Source of the DNA: Candidatus Latescibacterota bacterium
Lineage (GTDB): Bacteria > Latescibacterota > UBA2968
Direction: 5' to 3'
NCBI GenBank assembly: GCA_965198115.1
Contig: OZ240241.1
Location: forward strand, 352,001-416,000
DNA length: 64,000 nucleotides
A program made the position numbers and the translations under genes. This document shows positions 55,051-64,000 of this stretch, piece after piece. The notes beneath the pieces were generated by a model, which made no database searches, had not been told where the DNA came from, and saw only the letters and a list, made by a program, of their open reading frames with translations. The first letter of the stretch is position 1. Every line of letters starts with the position of its first letter.

Positions 55051-56067
55051 TCACCACCCCTGAATCACGCTGGGCAGCAGTTTCTCCTGAACGGTGAACG
55101 GCCCCTCGAGGGCAAGGGTCACCACGTTCAACAATCGGAACTGGTATGTTCGGACAGGATTACGCGGATCGGATAGATCGTAGGTAATGTCGGAGATCTC
55201 CGCAGCCACCAAGTGATCCGGGGGAACACCGAGCGAGCTGCCCGCCTGATGTCTGATGTCGATCAGCGCCTTGTGTAGCGGACGTTGCTGCTCCGGGCCA
55301 GTCATGTCCAGAAATCCGAAATCCAGTGTGAAACTGACGTCTACGCACGTCATGCTGGTGTCCGGAAGCTCGAACACAGGGCGGATCAGGAGCAGTTCGT
55401 CGAAATGCGTGAACGCGACCTGGTCAGGGTGCATTCGGGCGACCGCTCTCGGATCCTTCGAGAAGTGGTCGAACACGACGGAGTCCTTCCCCAGCGTCGC
55501 TTTGATGAAGAAGCTGCCTCCATGCTCGAAGTCTATAAGCAGCGCATCACCCTCCAGGCTGTAGTAGCCACGAAGAAACTGCCGAAACCGTTCCTGGTCC
55601 GGTTCCCACTTGAGTTTATACTGGTCGTTGTCCAGAAAAAGGCGGATCACCCCTGGACTGTCGATGGCCCGTTGATCGTCCTCGCTCAGGAAGACCACTC
55701 GATAGTCGTCGACGAAGAACAGGTAGTTACTCAGAACCCGGTCCGAATTCAGCAGCGCAACAGCCTCATCGCGTGGCATCCGATCGAGTTCGGAGTTGAG
55801 CAGCGTTCGGTAGCTCGGGAAGGTCTTCCCGCCCTCTGTTCGCTGCGTCTTGATCGTCTTCCACTCGTAGTAATGAAACTCGCCGTCGTGAAGGTAGAAC
55901 GGGTCCTTCGTTCGAACCTGTCCCGACCGATACGCTCGATCGTATCGGGTAACGAAATAGGCACCCTCCTCCGGTCGCTGCACGCTGAACCAGCCTCGAC
56001 TCCCGAAGGGTGCGGTCGTGCATCCGGTCAGAACGACGAGTGCGGTCGCCGTGACGATCGATTTCAT
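55051..56067 (-). CDS. hypothetical lipoprotein
   Basis: MKSIVTATALVVLTGC lipobox; ATGA overlap with the upstream gene. Confidence 0.75.
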   Translation of the reverse strand: MKSIVTATALVVLTGCTTAPFGSRGWFSVQRPEEGAYFVTRYDRAYRSGQVRTKDPFYLHDGEFHYYEWKTIKTQRTEGGKTFPSYRTLLNSELDRMPRDEAVALLNSDRVLSNYLFFVDDYRVVFLSEDDQRAIDSPGVIRLFLDNDQYKLKWEPDQERFRQFLRGYYSLEGDALLIDFEHGGSFFIKATLGKDSVVFDHFSKDPRAVARMHPDQVAFTHFDELLLIRPVFELPDTSMTCVDVSFTLDFGFLDMTGPEQQRPLHKALIDIRHQAGSSLGVPPDHLVAAEISDITYDLSDPRNPVRTYQFRLLNVVTLALEGPFTVQEKLLPSVIQGW

Positions 56068-56943
56068 TCGTGAAACACTCCGTAGACTTCGACGTCCCAA
56101 TATGGCTCTTCGATCTTGTAGTGATACGGGCTGTGGGTCAGATCTCGATGCAGGAAGTCTTGGAAGTCGAACCGCTCGTTCCAGCGATTGATCGAGACCC
56201 CGAATCGCCGGTCGAAGTCGACGAACTTCAATGTGTAACGGCCGGAGTTGAACCCGACCTGCTCCAGGTTTGCGTAAACGACGTTGTCGATAAACAACCG
56301 GCTCGTCGCCTGATAAGCCAGAGGTGTGAACCCCGTGAACTTGTCGAAGGCGAACTCGACCATCCGCCCCTTGTCCTCCGCATCATCCCGTCTGAAGCTG
56401 TAGCCGATCGTCCCGCCCCCCGTCCAGTAGCGATCCTCGTTGTCGCCCAGAAGGCCGGCCGGCGGACCTCCGTCGTTGTAATAGACGAGATACGCGCCGT
56501 GCGCTGACAGCGTGAAGCTGCCGACGGTCTGGCTCGAGAATCCGCGGTTCTGGATCCCGGAATGAAGCACGTGGCCCCGGACGAAACCCAGGTTGTAGGT
56601 GTATGCGTTGTTGGGCCCGTGTGCGAAGGATCGCCGGCAATGAGGGCCCCGTAGGACAGCGTCACGTTCGCGCTGAACGGAATGAAGTTTCGCAGAACGG
56701 ACGTCCCCAGATGAGCCCGAAAGACCGATACGCGTGCCTCGGCCAGCGGCGTGAACGCCACCTTGCCCTGCCGGTCGAAGCGCGCACGCACGTGGTACGC
56801 ATACGACAGGTGGATCTTGAGCTTCTCGAACCCCGAGAGACTCAAGCGCAACGTATGGATGTCCCGTACATCGCTGGCCTTAACGCCGTGTGGAAGACCT
56901 GCGACGAGCAGGACGACAACAGTTTGAGGAACCGTCTACTCAC
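56064..56943 (-). pseudogene. secreted protein with a polymorphic toxin 23 (Ntox23)-like C-terminal domain, frameshifted (~56923, ~56615)
   Basis: Signal-like MSRRFLK/TVVVLLVAG; C-terminal YYNDGGP..LLGDNEDRYWTGGG and late His residues (QDFLH...H). Confidence 0.55.
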
Positions 56944-56944
56944 G

Positions 56945-57151
56945 TCAGCTCAACCGGGTGGCGTCGGGCACTTCACGATTCACGAGCTGTCCACCGGTGA
57001 CGTGTCCGACCGTATCCGGCACCTCGTAGACCTCGCAGACGTGACCTGTGAGCTCCCTGTGCTTGTCCCGACGTGCGTAAGCCTCCTCCTCGTCATCCGT
57101 CTTCAGCAAAGTCAGCTGCTTGGTTCGGCAAACCACCCGGTATTTCGGCAT
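56945..57151 (-). CDS. small hypothetical protein (68 aa)
   Basis: Purine-rich RBS, ATG start, abuts the downstream gene; C...H...H.C residues. Confidence 0.55.
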   Translation of the reverse strand: MPKYRVVCRTKQLTLLKTDDEEEAYARRDKHRELTGHVCEVYEVPDTVGHVTGGQLVNREVPDATRLS

Positions 57152-57453
57152 CTCTTCTTTCCTCGACGTTTCTGAACATGACTTGTCGCCATTGTGCGTG
57201 CATCACGACCTTGAAATAGGATAGGCATTCAAAGCAGCCGATGGCACAGAAAACCGGTGGCCATCCCTGAGGGATCCCGATTCGCCCGATGGGTGGCAGA
57301 TTGTTTATCATGCACTGAGATGTATCACGAAGCCATTCGAGAGTGGCGCCATGTCGTGACGATTTGAGACGTTCTCTAAACACCGGCTTGCTATTCCGGA
57401 ACTCGCTCGGATCGCCGAGCGGCCGAACCAACATACCCGAGAAGAGACGGTCA

Positions 57454-58256
57454 ATGATCAGCATCCTCCTCTTCCTACTATCTACCGTGCCGTATTCATC
57501 CAAGAAGCCCAATCGATTGAGGAGGTGTACATCGTCGTCGACCAGGATACCGCCTCGAGCCTTTCCATTGGCACACCCCAGATCCGGGAGATTATCGGCC
57601 AGGACACGATCTTTGCCTACTCCAACAGTGACACGATCCAGACAACCTCGATCGTAGGCGACACGCTCGTTGTCGAGTTTCACGTTAAGAACTGGCCTGA
57701 TATCATTGGGTACGCGTTCCGAATCGCCACTCGGATTCGGGCTCGCGAGGGTTCGTTCTACCGCCCCGGCGGCTTCTACCTGGAATCCGGTCCAACCACC
57801 CAAAGCGGCCTCGTTTGGGACGGAAGAGTCGCTGAGATCAGCCAGGTTGGTATCGGCATCAATGGCAAAGAGTCTGGACATTTGGGCGACCTCGTCGTGG
57901 TCTTCGACCGATCAGGCGGTGAAGAGCTCAACGTTGTATCAGGCTTCTACATCATCCCGACCGACCTCGCATTCGGGACAATTTGATACACTCAGCGTCG
58001 ACACGGGCATGAATGTCTTCATTTCCGTGGCTCCCCAGCTCATCGAAGTAACGGCCGATCTGGACGGCGACGGCGTGATTGGATTTGGAACCTCCTGCAT
58101 TTCGCTTCCGGTTTCGGGTCTCATCGTGGCGACACCGGCTACTCCGATGGCCTGGATTTCGATGACGATGGCTCGATCGGCTTTCAAGATCTCCTCCTGA
58201 TGGCCGCAGACTTCGGAATGCCCCCGACGGTATACCGCACGATCTCACGTGGCTGA
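57454..58256 (+). pseudogene. secreted protein with a dockerin/EF-hand pair, several frameshifts
   Basis: MISILLFLL signal; ADLDGDGVIGFG(D)L..F...FG and DFDDDGSIGFQDLLLMAADFG. Confidence 0.7.
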
Positions 58257-58429
58257 CAAAGATTTCGGCGAGATGGTACACATCGGTACTCAACTCCTCC
58301 GTTAACACGTTCGTTATCTGGCCCCCCGGCAGACCGCATTCACGGGTTCGCCCGTTATCTCCACACTGCGGATGACCGCCCGTCCAATGCAGGACACCCT
58401 AACTCGAACTCGCCAGAATCACGAGGGAT

Positions 58430-58616
58430 GCGCTCTCGCTCAGCTGCACGGTGATCGTTCCCGAACCGCGAGCAGAAAAGAACCGGCGGCAGCATCAGCA
58501 GCCGATATCGAACCGGTCGGTCGCCAACAGCAGAAAGAAAACCTGCCACGCCAGCGTAACCCCGATGAACCCGTAAAAATTCTCTGGATGGGTCACCGGC
58601 GGAGGAAACTCGACCC
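58430..58616 (-). pseudogene. fragment of a small membrane protein truncated by IS1182
   Basis: PPPVTHPENFYGFIGVTLAWQVFFLLLATD..RYRLLML across frames. Confidence 0.45.
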
Positions 58617-58620
58617 CTAG

Positions 58621-60175
58621 GAGCCTGTCGGAGTACCCAGCCGGAGGAAGATTTCGTATTGTAGAAGTGCGATCAAGGTTCCGACTCTGAATTGGAGGTT
58701 TCCGTTGAGCACTTCTACTCGGTTTCGTGTCTACAATCCGGCTCAGTTGATGTTGCTGCCTCCGGATCTCCGGAGTTGGCTTCCCAAGGGTCATCCGACC
58801 TACTTCATTCTGGATATCGTCGGACAACTTGATTTGTCCGCGATCTACGAGACCTACGATGGGTCTCAAGGTGGCCAGCCACCGTATGATCCCCGGATGA
58901 TGGTGAGCCCTACTGCTGTATGGTTACTGTGAAGGCATCAGGAGTTCCCGCAAGATCGAGCGTGCGACCTATGACTCGGTTGCTTTCCGTGTGCTCAGCC
59001 TGGATCAGCATCCTGATCACGACACGATATCGACCTTTCGTCAACGGCATCTGGATGCCCTCTCAGGTCTGTTCAGGCAAGTGCTGTGTCTCTGCGTGAA
59101 GGCAGGTCTGGTGAAGCTGGGACACGTGGCGTTGGATGGCACGAAAGTCAAAGCAAATGCCTCAAAACACAAAGCGATGAGCTACGGCCGGATGAAGAAG
59201 AAAGAAGCCGAGATCGAGGCCGAAGTGCGCAGACTCTTGACCGAGGCCGAAGCCACTGACGCGGCCGAAGACGAACTCTACGGAAAGGACAACCGCGGCG
59301 ACGAGTTGCCCGAGGAGTTGCAGCACCGGGAGACTCGACTCAAAGTAATCCGCGACGCAATAGCCGAGATCGAAGCCGAAGCGGAGGCTGAGTTTCCTGA
59401 GAAGCAGGCAGCGTATGAAGAGAAGGTAAAGGCCCGGGAGCGCCGCGGCGGTCGTGGACGTAAGCCCAAGCCTCCATCGAAAGAGCCCGACTGAAAGGAA
59501 CAACTGAACTTCACCGATCCCGACTCACGGATCATGGTCTCAGGGGGCCAATTCCTTCAAGCCTACAACTGCCAAGCTGCTGTGGATGACAAGGCCCAGA
59601 TTGTCGTTGCTGCCGACGTCACCCAAGAAGCTGATGACAAGAACCAGATGACACCTATGGTCAACCAGATCAGAGCGAATATGGGCGGCACGACACCCAA
59701 GCACCTCACTGCCGACACCGGATACTTCAACCAAAGTCAGGTCGATCAGGTTCAATCAGATGGCGTCGACCTCTATGTGGCGACGACAAAACAGAAACAT
59801 GGAACGCCCATCGCGACCTGCCCCAGGGGACGGATCCCCAAGGGCGCAACGACGAAAGACAAAATGGCGAGAAAGCTTCTCACACAGAAAGGTCGCTGCA
59901 CCTACTGGAAAAGAAAACAGATCATCGAACCCGTGTTTGGACAGATCAAATCCGTTCGGAACTTCACCCGATTCTCATTCCGCCGAATCCACAAAGTCAT
60001 CAGAGAATGGAACCTGATCTGTCTCACACACAACCTTCTGAAACTCTATCGACTCTCATTGGCTACCTGATCCCGAAGAGGAACTCGGCTCAAGGAAAAA
60101 ACGAAGGTAACCGGTCGCTGACAGACTCAGCTGGACTTAATCTCAACGAGCTTCCGGGTGTAACCCGACAGGCTC
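58621..60175 (+). mobile_element. IS1182-family element, transposase disrupted (frameshift ~58908, stop 59492)
   Basis: GAGCCTGTCGG/CCGACAGGCTC IRs, CTAG on both sides; GQPPYDP, PDHDTI..FR, ALDGTKVKANAS, NFTDPDSR.M, ADTGY, R...IEPVFG.IK. Confidence 0.92.
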
Positions 60176-60179
60176 CTAG

Positions 60180-63100
60180 CCTGAATTATGCATGAATTTG
60201 AGTTTAGGTTGTTTTGGAGTGATGTGATCACGCACAGGATTTGTTCTCGGCTTCTTCGGATGTCCAAGGTCCCGTAAGCGGTCTCTACGAGTCGCAAGAG
60301 GAGCTATAATCAAAAGGTGTGGAAAAAGAGAAAGGGCGACCCTACCCTTCCCGTGAGATAGTTGATTCACACAAAACCGGGTGAGAGGCCCGGTTGGGAA
60401 GGAGGATCGCCGTGAAGGAACATACGCATAGAGCCCCATTGAAGTCCATGCCGACGTGGGAGACGGTTGACGATTGGATCCGTGAAGAGATCCAGGGCCG
60501 GTTCCAGTCCATTCTGGAGGAGGAGGCGACCGCGTTCTTGGGCCGGTCGTGGTATGAGCGCCGAGCCGAGGTCGATAGCTCCAGGGGCTACAGGAACGGC
60601 TACGGCAAGCCCCGGCGTCTCTCGACGAGCTGCGGAACGATCAAGGTCCGGCGTCCCCGGGTTCGTGGTCTGGAAGAGCGGTTTGAAAGCCGCATCCTCC
60701 CCCTGTTCGCCCGGAGAACCAGGGCCATTGGAGATCTGCTTCCCGACCTTTATCTCCACGGTCTCTCCCAGGGCGACTTCGAGTTGTCTTTGCGTGCGCT
60801 GCTCGGTGATGGCGCGCCGCTTTCGCCGACCTCGATCGCTCGTCTTCGAGGGAAGTGGGAGGTCGACTTCCAGGACTGGAAAGAAAGGCGTCTGGATAAT
60901 CGCGAACTGGTCTACGCCTGGGCTGATGGCATCTACGTCAAAGCCGGGCTCGAGCGCGAGAAGGCGTGTCTGCTGGTCGTGATCGGCGCGATGAGCGACG
61001 GCAGCAAGGAGATCCTGGCGATAGAACCCGGTTATCGAGTCTACAGAATCCTGGCTCACGGTGCTCCGGGATCTCCGGGATCGCGGGCTCGAACATCCTG
61101 TCCTGATCGCCGCGGACGGGAATATGGGCATCTGGGCGGCCGTTGATCAGGTCTGGCCAGAGAGCCGGCAACAACGGTGCTGGAACCACAAGATCCTCAA
61201 CGTGCTCGACAAGGTCGCCAAGCGTGCACAGGCTGAAGCCCGCGCACTGCTCGTCCAGATCCCCTATGCCGGCACGAAAAAGGAGGCCGAGAAGCTCCGG
61301 AAACGCTTTGCCGCACGGTATCGCTCACAGTTCCCTGCCGCCGTGGAGACGCTCGAAAGAGACTGGGATCGGATGGTCACGTTCTACGACTTCCCGAAGG
61401 AACACTGGAAACACCTGAGAACCACGAACGTCGTCGAGAGCCCCTTTGCTTCCGTTCGGCTTCGCACAAACGCCGCCAGGCGATTCAAGAAAGTCAGGAA
61501 CGCCACGACTCTCATCTGGCGTACGCTCAAGGTCGCAGAGAGCCGATTCAGGAAACTCACCGCGCCACACTTGCTACAACAAGTCTACGATCAGAAACAC
61601 TCAACCGGACCGCAGGTCGAAGCCGGGAAGATGGCCGCCTGATTTCTTTTACACACCTATTGACCTGAGCTCCGCAAGAGTCACGATTTTCGTCCGGAAC
61701 AGGTGTTGTTTTGCGACGTGTACATAGCTGTCCCCGGTATAGATCGGCGTTGTTACTGCGTGTTCGTTTCGAGCCTGGTGATGATTGACACCAAGACGTT
61801 TTTGAGTGGATACGATGTTGGAAAATGGAATCGGATTCTTCGTGCGCTTTCAATGACTCTCGCGCCGATTTTGAGGAAACGGTTCTGTATCGTGTTGACC
61901 TGAGGTTTGGTCCACGCGGTGCCCTTGAGTCCCTGTGATCGGAGTGCGTGAAGCAAGGCGTATGCAGCACTGTGTAGAAAGAGTCGGAACTGGTTGGCTT
62001 CAAACTTGTGGCACGATGTTCGATCGGAGTGAAGGAATGTTTTGTGGTCCTTGATGAAGCCTTCCGTGCGTCCCCTTGCGCAGTAGATACGATCATAGAT
62101 AAAGCCGTCTCGATTACTCTGTAAATTGGTCACGCGGTATCTTGGATTTGCTTCGCCGTTTGTGACTTCAGCCTTGTGAATGATCCGGCGAGGCTGCCGG
62201 TAGGTGCCAGCCTGATATGAGAAGGATGAGAACAAGCGAATCGTCTCCTTATGCTCGCTCAGACGTAGCGCTTGGTCCATCAGGTTTTGTCCAGCCGCTT
62301 TGAGCTTGGAGTTGGCGCCCTGGCCCAGAACGTAGTAGATACCGTTGTCTTCGCAGAAATCGTGCATCTCTGGTGAGCTGAACTTTGAGTCTGCGCGAAC
62401 GATGATCTCCACGTTTGGCCAAGATCCGCGTAGGTGTTCCACCAAGCGCTTGAGAATAGAAACGACCTGTTTACCGTTCGTCGGATGCCCGGGTCTCAAG
62501 ATCGTCGTAATGAGCTTGCCGCTTTGGCCTTCATAGATATGTAGCGGCATATAGCAGTGTTCATTGTAATACGCGTTGAAGAGTGAAAATTGTTGCGCAC
62601 CGTGCGTTGGGTCATCCGTGTCGTCGATATCGAGAATGATGCTTGGGGGTGCCTGGTCATACGATGCGATGAACCCGTCTACAAAAGCCCGTGCGAGCCG
62701 ATACAAATCCGAGCGTCGCACATCATTCTCAAGTCGTGTCATCGTTGATTGGCTCCCGAGATCAGGACCGGAAAGAGGAAGCCGATCGCAGGCAGCCTTG
62801 ACGCCCGGATCGTGGCGCAAATCATCACAATCGACGGCATCTTCATAGCCGCAAGCGATCTGAAAAACACGCTGCTTCACAAGATCCAAAAGCGTGTGAT
62901 CGATATAGCTTGGGTGACGACGATCTCGCAAAGCATCTACCATTCTGGCGATCAATCCCATCTGAGACTCAAGGGCGCGAAGCAACAGAACTCCACCGTC
63001 ACTCCTGACGGCGCCACCGGCAAAATCAGCCTCAACTACCTTGCCCGAAATGCTTGCGAATGGTAACCGGATCTGACTAGGTTCTATCACGGTAGTTCCT

Positions 63101-63189
63101 TCCAAGTGTTGTTTTGATGTGTCAGCCCTAATGTAGGGAAAAACAAACACTTGTACAAGGAGACTACCTTTTTTTATGCATAATTCAGG
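60180..63189 (-). mobile_element. IS1380-family element copy 2 (intact transposase 61753-63090) carrying IS256-B in its 3' UTR
   Basis: Same IRs as copy 1; 445-aa ORF. Confidence 0.93.
60301..61672 (+). mobile_element. IS256-family type B copy C (1372 bp)
   Basis: 8-bp TSD CGCAAGAG. Confidence 0.93.
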
Positions 63190-63444
63190 TGTATGTCGTT
63201 CTGAGCGGAAAGATCGACATCCAGATCGAAGGAAGGGTCGTCGAAACGGTCGAGCCCGGCGGCATCTTTGGGGAACTCGCGCTGATCGACGACGACAGAA
63301 GGAGTGCGGACGCCGTCGCACAGACGAGCACAGCTGGCACTGGTCGACAAGAAGCGATTCACTTTTCTCGTGCAGAATCACCCCTTCTTCGCGCTCGATG
63401 TCCTGAAACTGCTCGCCGAACGGTTGCGTCGCTATAGCACGTAG
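63190..63444 (+). pseudogene. 3' fragment of a cyclic nucleotide-binding (Crp-like) protein
   Basis: YVVLSG.I.I, GGIFGELALID...RSA.A.A, then LVQNHPFFAL.VL..LAERLR in a shifted frame. Confidence 0.85.
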
Positions 63445-63571
63445 ATTCGCCGGGATTTCGAAGCGACCTCTCGCCCCAAGAGGTTGCCTGTTGCGTCGGC
63501 AGAGCGGGTGATCCTGCTCCTCCCGCTTCCTCCTCTCCCAGTCATACGCTCAGGCCTATCCCTCCCCTCTC

Positions 63572-63600
63572 TTGACGCTCCTTCAAAGCACGTCTATTTT
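63572..63600 (+). promoter_or_regulatory. sigma70 promoter of tRNA-Leu
   Basis: TTGACG-N17-TATTTT. Confidence 0.65.
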
Positions 63601-63621
63601 CCCCGAAGTTGAAGGAACGAT

Positions 63622-63708
63622 ACCCGGGTGGCGGAATTGGTAGACGCAGGAGACTTAAAATCTCCCGGCCTTCGGGTCATGCCGGTTCAAGTCCGGCTCC
63701 GGGTACCA
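63622..63708 (+). tRNA. tRNA-Leu (anticodon TAA)
   Basis: ACCCGGG/TCCGGGT acceptor stem, D-loop GGAATTGGTAGAC, GGAGA-CTTAAAA-TCTCC anticodon arm, long variable arm, GGTTCAAGTCC, encoded CCA. Confidence 0.97.
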
Positions 63709-63883
63709 GCTTAAGTATCAGTTTGTATTAGAGTTGCGTGTGATTCTCGCGTCCTCTGGACGTGAGAATCACCACAACTCTTGGCTGTGATATCCATAAA
63801 GTATCCATCGAGGCCGGCTTCCTCACGAGCGTGGCGGCAAGTCTGAGCGCACCGGCCGAAAGCTGACGCCCAAGCAGATAACG

Positions 63884-64000
63884 ATGGCCAAAGAAACGAT
63901 CGAGGATCAGGGCAACCTGATCGAGGCGTTCGACAAGGCTTTAAAGCAGCTCCGCCAGGACGCGGGTATTTGGGAAAAGGAAGACAGCACAGGCCGGAAC
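63884..64000 (+). CDS. partial hypothetical ORF running off the window end
   Basis: MAKETIEDQGNLIEAFDKALKQLRQDAGIWEKE.. open to base 64000. Confidence 0.3.
   Translation, partial: MAKETIEDQGNLIEAFDKALKQLRQDAGIWEKEDSTGRN

Overview
GC-rich bacterial window with three parts. (1) 1-5.1 kb: an intact transport operon (ABC solute-binding C-terminus, a CorA-type channel with an atypical motif, Fe3+/polyamine-type ABC ATPase and permease, a hypothetical gene). (2) 5.1-24.9 kb: a flagellin glycosylation island (giant methyltransferase/GT2/GT4/TPR fusions, DegT aminotransferase, GNAT) followed by a sigma54-type flagellin, a sigma28-type flagellin, flaG, a very long fliD and a fliS stub. Most of these genes are broken by frameshifts, a nonsense codon or IS insertions. 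(3) 24.9-64 kb: an IS-saturated accessory region with cargo genes (TIM-barrel isomerase, BCCT transporter, beta-propeller histidine kinase, M20 peptidase, NTF2/DUF4440, sialidase-like, PcfJ, Ntox23-like plus lipoprotein, dockerin-like), ending at tRNA-Leu(TAA). Across the window I count 13 IS copies of 6 families plus a MITE, about 17-18 kb by hand. The most unusual signals are: displaced copies of the histidine kinase 3' tail and 5' head that delimit neighbouring cargo genes like cassettes; a C8 tract that would fuse two glycosylation ORFs; IS elements chained through shared CTAG sites; a REP-like unit inserted in-frame in the kinase; and a structured leader RNA candidate before pcfJ. All family calls come from motif recognition by eye, with no database searches.
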